From Acidobacteriota bacterium (lineage in GTDB: Bacteria; Acidobacteriota; UBA890; WLXD01): 64,000 bases of DNA. Numbering within the stretch: the first letter of the stretch is position 1; every line of letters begins with the position of its first letter. The translations under genes were made by a program, and so were the position numbers. Positions 49,095 to 59,173 of the stretch are shown piece by piece. A model generated the notes under the pieces. The model was given only the letters and a program-made list of their open reading frames with translations. It searched no databases and had not been told where the DNA came from. The DNA lies in contig CAXWPH010000012.1 in assembly GCA_963666055.2 (NCBI GenBank), positions 256,001 through 320,000 on the forward strand, read 5' to 3'.

Positions 49095-50649
49095 GGTCCT
49101 CCTCCTGACGTACGCTTTGATAGGCGGCCAGCACGCCGCGCTGGATCAGGGCGCGCGCAAACGGGTGATCGGAGTACAGATCGGCGACATCGGTGAAGCC
49201 CTGCGCGGCAGCGAGAGCGAGCTCCGCCTCGCGCTCGTGCTTCGTCGCCCTCAAGACATCCGTCATCTGCTCCAACCGCTGCCTGTAGCGCATGCGTGTG
49301 ACCTCGTCGAAGACCTCGGCGACGCCGCTAATCTCGCGGTCCACCTGTTGCTTTCGCTGCTCCTCGTCTACCAGCAGGGTGCTCGTTTCGGCACGACGAA
49401 CCCCGGCCGCGGCACTTTCGACTGCCTCGCCGAGAACGGCCCAGTTGGCGAAGTAGGGCTCGCCGAGCAGATCGGCCGACTGTGCCAACAATTCGCGCTG
49501 TTCTGGGACGGAGCGACCGCCCTGGTCGTCTGGCGCGCCTTCCTTCGCCTTCTCCCTTGCTGAATCCACCGCCATGCTCCCGCCTTGCGGCACCCCGACC
49601 GATGCGGCAAACAACTCTGCCGCCGTATCGTCGCGCCATGCCTCGTACTCGGGTGGCAGATCGTTTCCGGCGGCGGCGGCCAACGCCTCCCCGGCGCGCA
49701 AGATCGCCACCGCTTGTGCCAGCTCGAGCTGCGCTATCAAGAGCGTCGGATTGGCTCGAAGGCGCTCGATGTGGGCCCTGAACTCCTTCAGCGCCACGGA
49801 CATCACCTCGGACTTTCGCAGCCCCTGCTGATCGTCGACGACCGCCTCCAGCAAGCGGTAGCCACCCTTGATAGAGGGTGCCATCACCCATACGATGCGC
49901 CCGCCTGACCCATCGATGCCGGTGGCAAAGCTGCGCGACTCGCGTTGCATGTCCGGCGCAATCTGCAGCGAGAATCTTTCTTGCGCCGGCGTTTCCTCGG
50001 CCACGTCGACGCCGGCGGCTCGTAAGCGATGCAGGGCCCGCTTGGCAATCTTTCGCAGCTTGCGATCCTCCCCTGCAACCAGTCGCCGCAGAGACGGTGC
50101 GGCCTCTTGGTTCCCCGACGCACCGAGACGCTCGACGACAATGGGGTCCATCCGGGGGTCCAGTCCCAAGACAGTTTCAAGAAGGCTGGCATCCGAACCT
50201 GAGCGCGCCAGCCAGGCGCGCAGCACAGATTCCTTCCAAGCCTCCGGCAACGCCAGCACGGAATCCAAACCCTTGGCGTCGGGAGCTTCAACGAACTGAC
50301 GTGCCGCGCGCAGCGTATCCTCGACCTGCTGCGGTATCTCGACGCCGACGTCGCGAAGTAGGTCAATCGCCTCCCCCTTGGCCTCGAGCGGTACTGCATG
50401 GCGCAAGGCCTGCGACGCGATCTCGTTTGCCAACCCGCCGGAACGCGCCAATCGCACCAGGCGGATCGTGGCCGCGAGGCGCTCGGGCGGCGCGCTGCAA
50501 ACCGCCTCTCGGAGCCCCGCTTCCACCCCTGCCCCGAATGCCATGACGGCCTTGACCTCGCGTTCGGGCACCTCGCCATCGAGTCCACCCTTGTCGATGC
50601 GGCTCACGGCGCGCCGAATCGCCTTGACGAGTTCTTTCGGAGGGCTCAT
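49060..50649 (-). CDS. Hypothetical protein with HEAT-like helical region
   Basis: ATGA coupling to the coaX stop; RKIAKRALHRLR, IDGSGGR. Confidence 0.75.
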   Translation of the reverse strand: MSPPKELVKAIRRAVSRIDKGGLDGEVPEREVKAVMAFGAGVEAGLREAVCSAPPERLAATIRLVRLARSGGLANEIASQALRHAVPLEAKGEAIDLLRDVGVEIPQQVEDTLRAARQFVEAPDAKGLDSVLALPEAWKESVLRAWLARSGSDASLLETVLGLDPRMDPIVVERLGASGNQEAAPSLRRLVAGEDRKLRKIAKRALHRLRAAGVDVAEETPAQERFSLQIAPDMQRESRSFATGIDGSGGRIVWVMAPSIKGGYRLLEAVVDDQQGLRKSEVMSVALKEFRAHIERLRANPTLLIAQLELAQAVAILRAGEALAAAAGNDLPPEYEAWRDDTAAELFAASVGVPQGGSMAVDSAREKAKEGAPDDQGGRSVPEQRELLAQSADLLGEPYFANWAVLGEAVESAAAGVRRAETSTLLVDEEQRKQQVDREISGVAEVFDEVTRMRYRQRLEQMTDVLRATKHEREAELALAAAQGFTDVADLYSDHPFARALIQRGVLAAYQSVRQEEDRESSESRIVQP

Positions 50650-51419
50650 TGCTTGCTCGCGTAGTTGGCGTGAATGAACCTCAGGCCCTCGAGGGTGAGC
50701 AACAGATCGATATGCTGTATGCGTTCGCACGCCTCCCCGATGGTCACCGCCCATCCACCAGTGGCGATAACCGTCGGCTCGGCACCCAGCTCCAGGCTGA
50801 TGCGGCGGAGCAGCCCATCTACGAGGTCGGCGTAGCCATAGAACAGACCCGACCTCACGCTGCCCACGGTAGATCGACCGATGACCTGCTCGGGCCGCGC
50901 TATGTCGACTCGCGGGAGGCGTGCCGCACGCGCAAACAGGGCGTCGGCCGACACTCCGACACCGGTAGCGATCACGCCCCCGAGATAGGCGCCCTCGTCG
51001 TTGATCACATCGAACGTTGTGGCGGTACCGAAATCCACTACCACGGCAGGGACGCCGTACTTTTGGCGTGCCGCAACCGCGTTGACGATACGGTCTGCCC
51101 CGACATCGCCCGGCGGATCGTAAAGCACCGGAAGATCATCAACGAGGTCGGCACTCACGAGCAGTGGCTCGACGCCGAAGTACCGTTGCGACATACGCGC
51201 GAGGGCCCCCGTCAAGGGTGGCACGACGCTCGCCACGACAATGCCGGAAATATCCTCGGTGGCGATCTCCTCGCGCTCCAGGAGCGACAGCGACAATAGT
51301 CCCATCTCGTCAGCGGTGCCGTTGCCGCGCGTTGCCAAGCGCCAGTCAGCCCGCAGGGTAGCGCCGTCGAACACCCCAAACTGAGTGTTCGTGTTGCCCA
51401 CATCGATTGCCAGGAGCAC
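50646..51419 (-). CDS. coaX: Type III pantothenate kinase
   Basis: DVGNTN, SVVP, GADRIVN, VDFGTATTFD, ATGG, LTLEGL. Confidence 0.95.
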   Translation of the reverse strand: MLLAIDVGNTNTQFGVFDGATLRADWRLATRGNGTADEMGLLSLSLLEREEIATEDISGIVVASVVPPLTGALARMSQRYFGVEPLLVSADLVDDLPVLYDPPGDVGADRIVNAVAARQKYGVPAVVVDFGTATTFDVINDEGAYLGGVIATGVGVSADALFARAARLPRVDIARPEQVIGRSTVGSVRSGLFYGYADLVDGLLRRISLELGAEPTVIATGGWAVTIGEACERIQHIDLLLTLEGLRFIHANYASKQ

Positions 51420-51429
51420 TTGCGCCTCG

Positions 51430-52338
51430 TCAGATGTCGTCGAACCTTGTCAGCGCCTGAAACTCGCCGTACCGAGCGGCGATCTGGTCGCTGCCGAGCC
51501 CCCGAATCCCATCGAGGCTAAAGCTCTCGACGCAAAAGGAGGCCAGAACGCTGCCGGCTACGATTGCCCGACGCAGCCCTTCTGTGCTGTGATCGCCGGT
51601 GCTCGCAAGATGGCCCATAAAGCCTCCGGCGAATGTATCGCCGGCGCCGGTCGGGTCGGCAAGCTGGCGCAACGGGAATCCCGGCACGCTGAAGATATCG
51701 CCTTCCAGGAAGGCCGTCGCGCCGTGCTCGCCACGCTTGATGATCACATTGGCTGGTCCCAGCGCCCGAATGGACTCGGCGGCCTCAACGAGGTTGTAGA
51801 CACCGGCTAACTCGCGTGCCTCCTCATCGTTTATGACCAGCATGTCGACGTGTTGCAGGGTTGTTTTCAGCGCCTCGAGCGAGCCCTCGATCCAATAGTT
51901 CATCGTATCGAGCGCCACCAATTTCGGCCTCTCCACCTGCTCCAGGACCGACTGCTGTAGCTGCGGCGCGATATTCGCCAGGAACACATAGGGTGTGTCC
52001 CGGAACTCCGCCGGCAACACCGGTGCGAAAGTCTCGAAGACATTCAGCTCGGTGAACAGCGTTTGGCGCTCGTTCAGGTTGCTGGAGTACTCGCCACCCC
52101 AGCGGAACGTCCGGCCGTCTGCCCGCTCGATACCCTTCGTATCCACGCCGCGCTCCGACAGCACTGCCTCGTGCTCGGCGCCGAAGTCATTGCCGACGAC
52201 GGCCACCACCTGTACTGGACAGAAATACGACGCCGCCACCGCGAAGTACGTGGCCGCCCCACCCAGGACATCGTCAACCCGACCGTGCGGAGTAGTCACT
52301 GTGTCGAACGCGACCGAGCCGACTACGACGATGCTCAA
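51430..52338 (-). CDS. PfkB-family (nucleoside/sugar) kinase
   Basis: VGSVAFD, GGAATY, NDEEA, DPTGAGDTFAGG. Confidence 0.92.
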   Translation of the reverse strand: MSIVVVGSVAFDTVTTPHGRVDDVLGGAATYFAVAASYFCPVQVVAVVGNDFGAEHEAVLSERGVDTKGIERADGRTFRWGGEYSSNLNERQTLFTELNVFETFAPVLPAEFRDTPYVFLANIAPQLQQSVLEQVERPKLVALDTMNYWIEGSLEALKTTLQHVDMLVINDEEARELAGVYNLVEAAESIRALGPANVIIKRGEHGATAFLEGDIFSVPGFPLRQLADPTGAGDTFAGGFMGHLASTGDHSTEGLRRAIVAGSVLASFCVESFSLDGIRGLGSDQIAARYGEFQALTRFDDI

Positions 52339-53204
52339 CCCTGTGCTCCATTGTCCGGCTCGAGAAGCAGCGCCAGACGGCGCCTAAGCGCTGGCGGGAA
52401 ATTATCGGGAGATGTCATGATGGCACTGGCAATAGCAGCCTCGCACGATGAAGGTGCGTCTGCTGGGAGATTGTTGATCGCTTCACGGAGCACACGCTGT
52501 GCATTGTCGACACTCTTTCCCAGGTTGGCAATCGCCAATTCCGCCGTGACATCCGCGTGCTCCTCGTGCCAGCAGTCGTAATCGCACACCATCGCCAGGG
52601 TGGCGTAGCCGATTCCCGCTTCACGCGCCAACTTCGCCTCCGTGAGGTTGGTCATGCCAACCACATCCATTCCCCAGGAGCGATACAGATTGCTCTCGGC
52701 GCGAGTGGAGAACTGGGGCCCCTCGATGCAGACGTAGGTGCCGCCACGGTGCACCTCGACGCCAACCGTTTCAGCAGCCGTAGCGAGCAGATCTGCCAGC
52801 CGAGCGCAGATGGGATCGGCAAACCCTACATGCGCCACCACGCCCTCGTCGAAGAAGGTCGTCATCCGATTGTGGGTTCGATCGACGAACTGGTCGGGTA
52901 CTACGAACTGCAACGGCGCGATCGCCTCGCGTAGGCTACCGACGGCGCTCACCGAGAACAGATTGCGCACGCCGAGCAGCCGAAATCCGTACACATTGGC
53001 CCGGTAGGGCACGTTCGAAGGGCTGAAGGTGTGGCCGCGGCCATGCCGCGACAGAAACGCCACCGGCCGGTCGTCGAGCTCACCGATCACGAACGCGTCG
53101 GAAGGATCGCCGAACGGCGTTTCCAGGCGCATCTCGTCGAGAACCGTCAGCCCGTCCATCTCATAGAGGCCGCTGCCTCCGATCACACCGATTCGTTTTT
53201 CCAT
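52335..53204 (-). CDS. mtnP: S-methyl-5'-thioadenosine phosphorylase
   Basis: GVIGGSGLY, RHG.GH, EGPQFSTRAES, GMTN..EAKLAREA, DYDCW. Confidence 0.95.
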   Translation of the reverse strand: MEKRIGVIGGSGLYEMDGLTVLDEMRLETPFGDPSDAFVIGELDDRPVAFLSRHGRGHTFSPSNVPYRANVYGFRLLGVRNLFSVSAVGSLREAIAPLQFVVPDQFVDRTHNRMTTFFDEGVVAHVGFADPICARLADLLATAAETVGVEVHRGGTYVCIEGPQFSTRAESNLYRSWGMDVVGMTNLTEAKLAREAGIGYATLAMVCDYDCWHEEHADVTAELAIANLGKSVDNAQRVLREAINNLPADAPSSCEAAIASAIMTSPDNFPPALRRRLALLLEPDNGAQG

Positions 53205-53231
53205 CCCGTCCTCGACTGGAGCATCATGGCT

Positions 53232-53257
53232 GCCACACTTCCACTACGGCCTGCTAG
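53232..53257 (-). repeat. Solo MITE A end starting at the recN stop codon
   Basis: Minus strand reads CTAGCAGGCCGTAGTGGAAGTGTGGC. Confidence 0.75.
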
Positions 53258-54939
53258 GCCGGCTCGCCCAGCAGGTTGCGGGCATGCTCGCGCACACCAC
53301 GAGATTCGCCGATACCGCCTAGCATGCGCGCCAGCTCATCGATGCGCTGCTCGACGTCGAGCGCTGCCGCCGATACGCACACGCGTCCGTCGCGCTCGGC
53401 CTTGCGGACGCGATAGTGCGTCGTCGCTCGGGCAGCGATTTGCGGCAGATGCGTGACCACGAGAACTTGATGGCTGGTCCCGAGCTCGACCAGCCTCGCC
53501 GCCAGTCGGTCGGCAACGCGGCCCCCGCCCACCCCGGCGTCGATCTCGTCGAATACCAGCGTCTGGGCCGGGGCCTGGCGCGTTTCGGCTAGCTTGAGCG
53601 CCAGCATCACGCGCGAGAGCTCCCCGCCGGAGGCGACTCGCGTCAGTTGGCGCACCGCATCCCCCGGGTTGGCGGCGAGGCGAAACGAGACGGTCTCATA
53701 GCCGCGGCGGCTGGCTCCGGGCGGTAGTCCACCCTCGGCGTTGGCGCTGCGAGGCTTCAACCGAACCTGAAAACGGGCTCCCTCCATACCGAGCTCCTGC
53801 AACTCCGAAGTGATGTGCTCGGATAGTCGCGCCGCTGCCTCGGCCCGCAGCGTGCTCATGTGCGAGGCAGCCTCGTCGAAGCCCCGCACTGCTAGCCTTA
53901 CCTGGCCGGCCAGCTCGGCGATCTCCTGGTCCCGGTTCTGCAGCGAGGCGAGCTCGCGCTCAGCGTCGTCGGCTACCCGCAGGATGTCCTCGATTCGATC
54001 GCCGTACTTGCGCCGCAAACCATCGAAGGTCGCCAGACGCTCCTCGACCGCGTCGAGCCGCACCGGGTCCACCTGCACCAGATCGAGATACGCCTGCAAC
54101 GAGCGGGTGATTTCCTCGATCGCGTAGCCCGCCTCGGCGACGTCATCGCCGCTGGCGGGCGCGCTGGTATCGAGCCGGACAATTCGTTCGATGACGACTT
54201 GCGCACGGCGAATGAGCGCTGCCGCAGATTCTTCGCGCTCGTAGAGCACATCCAACGCCTCCTCGGTCGCCGCCGAGAGGTCCTCGGCGTGTCGCAGCCG
54301 CTGGCGCTCAGCGTTCAACGCCGCCGCCTCATCGACGCCGAGATCGGCGGCGCGGATCTCCTGTGCTCGGTAGCGTAGATAATCGGCGCGCTGAGCACGA
54401 TCGTCCGTCTCCAGCGCCTGTAGTCGGTGTTGCAGATCCACCGCTTCATCCCATGCACTCGCCACGGCGAGGCGCTGTGCGCACAGATCGCCGAAACGAT
54501 CGAGCAGCTCGAGCTGCGTCGCCGACCCCAGCAGCGATTGGTTCTCGTGTTGTCCGGCGACATCCACAAGACGAGTGCCTAGCTTGTGGACAAGGCCCAC
54601 GGTGACCAGCCGATCGTTGAGATAGGCGCGACTGGAACGGCTGCCGAGGGTGCGGCGAACGAGAATCTCACCGGACTCCGACGATAGCCCCTCGTGCTCC
54701 AGCAGCTCGGCGATGTCAGGCCGACCAGCTATGTCGAACACGGCTTCAACAGTGGCCGAATCCGCCCCGGTGCGCACCTGATCGAGTGTCGCGCGGTTAC
54801 CCGTGGCCAACGACAGTCCGCCCAGGATGATCGACTTTCCGGCACCGGTCTCACCGGTGAACGCGATGAGGCCAGCCGGCGGCTCGATAACAATATCCTC
54901 GATGAGCGCCAGGTCGCGGATCCGTAAGTAACTGAGCAT
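53254..54939 (-). CDS. recN: DNA repair protein RecN
   Basis: TGETGAGKS, ASGGELSRVMLALK, FDEIDAG, THLPQIA; start placed at MLSYLRI. Confidence 0.95.
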   Translation of the reverse strand: MLSYLRIRDLALIEDIVIEPPAGLIAFTGETGAGKSIILGGLSLATGNRATLDQVRTGADSATVEAVFDIAGRPDIAELLEHEGLSSESGEILVRRTLGSRSSRAYLNDRLVTVGLVHKLGTRLVDVAGQHENQSLLGSATQLELLDRFGDLCAQRLAVASAWDEAVDLQHRLQALETDDRAQRADYLRYRAQEIRAADLGVDEAAALNAERQRLRHAEDLSAATEEALDVLYEREESAAALIRRAQVVIERIVRLDTSAPASGDDVAEAGYAIEEITRSLQAYLDLVQVDPVRLDAVEERLATFDGLRRKYGDRIEDILRVADDAERELASLQNRDQEIAELAGQVRLAVRGFDEAASHMSTLRAEAAARLSEHITSELQELGMEGARFQVRLKPRSANAEGGLPPGASRRGYETVSFRLAANPGDAVRQLTRVASGGELSRVMLALKLAETRQAPAQTLVFDEIDAGVGGGRVADRLAARLVELGTSHQVLVVTHLPQIAARATTHYRVRKAERDGRVCVSAAALDVEQRIDELARMLGGIGESRGVREHARNLLGEPA

Positions 54940-55135
54940 CGGTCGAACCTGCTGGGATGAGATGGGCCCGGCAAATATACCGGAAGAGCCAAGATCGGTT
55001 CCGCGACCAGCCTGACGGGTGATACGCATTGATGACACACACAGGCCATCGTGGTACCTTGATGCGGTTCGGTGCGGCTGGGGGGCTCGGCAAACGGACG
55101 TCTTTTTCTGACCTCGGAACGCTGAGGGGACCTCT

Positions 55136-55852
55136 TTGTTGTTGTTGCAGGCCGATTTCATGTCCGAAGGCGTCCTGAGCATCGCTCGTAACCTGGGCCC
55201 ATTCGCCCTCGCAGTGCTGCTGGTATTGGGTTTCTTTTCGGTTCTCTCGTGGGCTGTGATCGTGGATCGCATCCTGCTGTATCGAAAGGCAGAGAAGCAG
55301 ACTGTCAAGTTCCTCGAGGTGTTTCGCGCCAGCTCGAAGTTCTCGCACGTGCGCACCGCCGCGAAGGAGATGGAAACGACGCCGCTGGCGGGAGTATTCG
55401 ACGCAGGGTACGGTGAGATCTCGTCGCAGCTCGAGGGCACAGCGCAATCCGGCCAGCTACCCGGCAGCTCGCGCATGAACATGGAGGCGCTCGAGCGCTC
55501 GCTTACTCGCGCAGCGCACCAGCAGCGTCGCCGGCTGGAACGCGGCATGTTGTTCCTCGCCACCACCAGTTCCGCCGCCCCTTTTATCGGCCTGTTCGGC
55601 ACGGTGTGGGGCATCATGAACGCCTTCGAGAGCATCGGCAGGTTCGGCAACGCCAATCTTGCCGTTGTCGCGCCCGGCATCAGCGCCGCGTTGATCACCA
55701 CTGCGGCCGGACTCGCGGCCGCCATTCCTGCGGTGATCGCCTACAACCACCTGCTATCGCGCGTTCGTGACCTCAGTGGCGACATGGAGGATTTCGGTCT
55801 CGAGTTCCTCAACGTGGTGCAGAAATCGTGGCAAGCGGAGCGCGCCCAATGA
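55136..55852 (+). CDS. tolQ: TolQ (MotA/TolQ/ExbB family)
   Basis: APFIGLFGTVWGIM, VAPGIS.AL.TTAAGL..AIPA. Confidence 0.93.
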   Translation: MLLLQADFMSEGVLSIARNLGPFALAVLLVLGFFSVLSWAVIVDRILLYRKAEKQTVKFLEVFRASSKFSHVRTAAKEMETTPLAGVFDAGYGEISSQLEGTAQSGQLPGSSRMNMEALERSLTRAAHQQRRRLERGMLFLATTSSAAPFIGLFGTVWGIMNAFESIGRFGNANLAVVAPGISAALITTAAGLAAAIPAVIAYNHLLSRVRDLSGDMEDFGLEFLNVVQKSWQAERAQ

Positions 55853-56253
55853 AACAGGGCTGGTTCAAGGAAGATGACCGCATCCTCTCGGATATAAACG
55901 TTACGCCGCTGGTCGACGTCGCGCTGGTGCTGTTGATCGTCTTCATGATCACCGCACCGATGATGATCCAAGGAGCTGAGGTCCGGCTGCCGCGAACCCA
56001 GATAATGGACAGCCTTCCGCAGGAGCAGATCTTCATTTCGGTCACCGATCAGGGTCAGATCCTGGTAAATGGCGATGCCGTGCCGCTCGAGGAGTTGGAA
56101 GCCCGCCTGTCGCCCCGCATCACGCCCGGGCGCACGATCCTGCTGTATGGCGATCGGGCGGGCGAATACGGGCGCGTGGTAGCCGTCATCGAGGTTCTCT
56201 GGAGCCTGGGAGCCGACATCGGCCTGGTCACCGAGCCCGTCCCGCGCCGCTAA
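55849..56253 (+). CDS. tolR: TolR / ExbD
   Basis: INVTPLVDV.LVLLIVFMITAP; ATGA overlap with tolQ. Confidence 0.92.
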   Translation: MKQGWFKEDDRILSDINVTPLVDVALVLLIVFMITAPMMIQGAEVRLPRTQIMDSLPQEQIFISVTDQGQILVNGDAVPLEELEARLSPRITPGRTILLYGDRAGEYGRVVAVIEVLWSLGADIGLVTEPVPRR

Positions 56254-56306
56254 CGGGGCGAGTACATGCCGAGCGGCCGCCCCTGGCCGCTTGCTAAGCT
56301 GACAGC

Positions 56307-57131
56307 ATGAGCTACGCCGAGCAGCAAGCCGTGTTGAACGAGCAAGTGATCGAGCAGCGCTTCCGCGCTGCGGTCATCAGCTCTGCCGCCACGCATCTGG
56401 CGTTCTTCCTGGCGCTGCTGTTCGGCCCAATGCTTATCCCGGTGCCGCGCTACGAGCCGAGTTTCACGCCGGTGAGGCTCGTCCAGTTACCCCCGCCAGC
56501 TGCGCAGCCAGCCACGCCCGCCGAAGCCCCACAGGAGGAGGCTGAGGCAGAGCCCGAGCCCGTGCAGCCGGTGGTCAGTGAGCCCGAGCCCGTGCCCCGC
56601 AGCCTGGCCGAGCTGCAGCGCGAGCGCGAGGCCGAGGAGCAGCTCCGCCGCGACGAGGCGGAGCGGCAGCATCAGGCCGAGCTCGAGCGCCAGCGCCGCG
56701 CTGAAGAAGAGCGCCGCCGACGCGAGGACGAGGCACGTCGACAGCCGCAGCGGGCCGGACAACGTCCCCCGGCGCAGAGCCAAAGCGCCCGGCGTACGGG
56801 AATCGACGTCACCCAAAGCGGCGACAGCGGTTACACGGTCGAGGAGTTTCCGTTCGCCGACTACCTTTATCGGATTCGTGACCTGATCGCGGCCCAGTGG
56901 TCACCACCGCCCAGCGGCCCCTACGGGCTGCAGCGTCGCACCGAGGTGTTTTTCAGACTCGGCAGGAACGGCCGCCTGGTCGTGCAGCCACGAGTGGAGG
57001 ACGGATCCGGCGATACCACGTTCGATCGAGCCGCTATGCGAGCCGTCGCGGCTGCTGCTCCATTCCCCCCTCTGCCCCGCGAGTACGACGGGCAATCACT
57101 TGGAGTTGGGCTTGCCTTCGTTACGGAGTAG
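56307..57131 (+). CDS. tolA: TolA / TonB-like protein
   Basis: S..TH transmembrane helix, charged helical linker, SG...FDRAA.RAV...PFPPLP; operon position. Confidence 0.85.
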   Translation: MSYAEQQAVLNEQVIEQRFRAAVISSAATHLAFFLALLFGPMLIPVPRYEPSFTPVRLVQLPPPAAQPATPAEAPQEEAEAEPEPVQPVVSEPEPVPRSLAELQREREAEEQLRRDEAERQHQAELERQRRAEEERRRREDEARRQPQRAGQRPPAQSQSARRTGIDVTQSGDSGYTVEEFPFADYLYRIRDLIAAQWSPPPSGPYGLQRRTEVFFRLGRNGRLVVQPRVEDGSGDTTFDRAAMRAVAAAAPFPPLPREYDGQSLGVGLAFVTE

Positions 57132-58467
57132 AACCTCAGTTTGGCCGCTCATCGTGCTCGTGCTCGTGGTCGGTGCAGCATCGGCGCAAGACCAAGACGT
57201 ACAGCTGGAGATCCGCCAACGCGGCGCCCCCGCGATCAAGGTCGCCGTGCCGACATTGCTGGCGGCAAGCGGCGCCGCCGAGCATGCTCAGCGCATCCAC
57301 GCCGTCCTATTGAACGACCTGCAAAATTCCATGGTGTTCGACCTCGTCGATAGCCGCGTCTATCCGAACGCCGCCCCCAACGAGCCGATACCGTGGCAGG
57401 CGTGGAAGAGCACCGGTGCGCGCGGACTGATCCAGGGATCGGTAAGCGTGCAGGGCTCGCTCGTGGTGGCAGATTTCCGGCTCTTCGACGTCGACACCGG
57501 CCGACAGATCAGCGGCAAGCGCTACTCGCAATCCACCGAGGGACTCTCGGCTCCCGACGCTGCTTATCGTGTGCGACGCATCGCGCATACATTCAACGAC
57601 GAAACGGCGCTCAACTACACGGGCGTGCCGGGAGTGGCGAACTCCTACATCGCGTGGGTCTCAGATCGCCAAGCACCGGTGGGTACGCCACAGAAAGAGG
57701 TCTACCTGATGGACTACGATGGCGAGCGGCAACGACGCATCACCTACAACTCCTCGATCTCGCTGTCGCCATCCTTCTCGCCGCAGTCGGACCGGATCGC
57801 GTTTCAAACGTACGTGATGCGCGACCGCTTTCCAAATGCCGAGATCCACATCATTCTCAACAGCGGCGGTCGGCCGCGACCGCTCGTCACCTGCCGCGGC
57901 ACGAACACCGGCCCGGCCTTCTCCCCCGACGGTACGCTGGTTGCCTTTTCCTCCAGTTGCGGAGGCAACTCCGAGATCCATGTGATCAAGCCCGACGGCG
58001 AGGGAATGCAACAGCTGACGCGCAACCCGGCCAGCGACGTGTCCCCCGGTTGGTCGCCGAACGGTCGCCAGTTGGTGTTCGTCTCCGGCCGCAGCGGTAG
58101 CCAGCAGCTGTACGTGATGGACGCGACCGGCTTGAACACTCGTCGGCTCTCGGCACCCGGTGGACAGAAAGACGATCCAGCGTGGCAACCGGTGCGCGGC
58201 GAACTTATCGCCTTCACCGCCTCGACTGGTGGTAACAATTTCGATATTTTCGTGTACGATCTCACGACCGATCGCGTCCATCAGCTAACGCGCAGTCGCG
58301 GCCGCAAGGAGGCACCGGCCTGGTCGCCCGATGGGCGACAGCTGACCTTCGAGTGGACCCAAGGCCCCAGCACACAGATCTGGGCCATGGGCTTTGACGG
58401 CTCGCGGCAGCGTATGCTGACGAACGTGGGTAACAATATGACCCCGACTTGGGGAACCCGCCCCTAA
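57100..58467 (+). CDS. tolB: TolB (start uncertain)
   Basis: TolB-N domain followed by MDYDG and repeated P.WSPDG PD40 blades. Confidence 0.92.
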   Translation: MELGLPSLRSRTSVWPLIVLVLVVGAASAQDQDVQLEIRQRGAPAIKVAVPTLLAASGAAEHAQRIHAVLLNDLQNSMVFDLVDSRVYPNAAPNEPIPWQAWKSTGARGLIQGSVSVQGSLVVADFRLFDVDTGRQISGKRYSQSTEGLSAPDAAYRVRRIAHTFNDETALNYTGVPGVANSYIAWVSDRQAPVGTPQKEVYLMDYDGERQRRITYNSSISLSPSFSPQSDRIAFQTYVMRDRFPNAEIHIILNSGGRPRPLVTCRGTNTGPAFSPDGTLVAFSSSCGGNSEIHVIKPDGEGMQQLTRNPASDVSPGWSPNGRQLVFVSGRSGSQQLYVMDATGLNTRRLSAPGGQKDDPAWQPVRGELIAFTASTGGNNFDIFVYDLTTDRVHQLTRSRGRKEAPAWSPDGRQLTFEWTQGPSTQIWAMGFDGSRQRMLTNVGNNMTPTWGTRP

Positions 58468-58513
58468 TGGCCCGCCCCTAATGAAACGCGGCCATCGCAT
58501 GGAGGAAACCACG

Positions 58514-59092
58514 ATGTCTAGCCCCGCGAAGCGACTCGCGTTAATCGCGCTCGCGGCCGTGGTCGTTGCACTGCCCGCATGCAGCAAAGACGTCCCGCCC
58601 GCGCCAACGCCCGAGCCGATACCGGAGGCCCCGGCCCCCGCGGCGCCGGCTGCTCCGACAGAGCCGGCCCAAACCGGCGACTGGGAAGAGGCTGATGCTC
58701 CCGAGCAGACCTTCCTGTCGGCAGAGGAGATCAACCGACGCCAGTTGCTCAAGCCGATCTATTTCGACTACGACAAGGATGAGATCCGCGGCGACCAGCG
58801 GGCGACGCTCCAGGCGAACGCTGACTGGCTGCGTGAGCATGCGGACGTCGCGGTCCTGATCGAAGGCCACTGCGATGAACGCGGCACGCGCGAGTACAAC
58901 CTCGCGCTCGGCGACCGCCGCGCCTCGGCAACGCGCGACTATATCGTCTCGCTCGGCATCGGCGCCAACCGCGTCGAGATCGTTTCGTACGGTGAAGAGC
59001 GCCCTGCCGTTATGGGCCAGGGTGAGCAGAACTGGTCGCAGAACCGCCGCGGCGAGTTCGTGGCCACCTCAGCAGGCCAGACGAACGAGTAG
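58514..59092 (+). CDS. pal: Peptidoglycan-associated lipoprotein
   Basis: GGAGG RBS, lipobox LPAC, IEGHCDERGTREYNLALG.RRA, SYGEERP. Confidence 0.95.
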   Translation: MSSPAKRLALIALAAVVVALPACSKDVPPAPTPEPIPEAPAPAAPAAPTEPAQTGDWEEADAPEQTFLSAEEINRRQLLKPIYFDYDKDEIRGDQRATLQANADWLREHADVAVLIEGHCDERGTREYNLALGDRRASATRDYIVSLGIGANRVEIVSYGEERPAVMGQGEQNWSQNRRGEFVATSAGQTNE

Positions 59093-59102
59093 CAGGTTCG
59101 GC

Positions 59103-59148
59103 AACGGCGGGCGGCGGGTGCGACAACCTCCTGTCCGCCGTTTCTGTT
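59103..59148 (+). terminator. Hairpin with short U-rich tail after pal
   Basis: AACGGCGGGCGG...CTGTCCGCCGTT followed by TCTGTT. Confidence 0.55.
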
Positions 59149-59173
59149 CCAGGGTGCAGCACAGAAAACAAGG

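Noticed and set aside
54940-55725. Apparent 262-aa N-terminal extension of RecN
   Set aside because: It is largely the antisense frame of tolQ; RecN homology begins at 54939.
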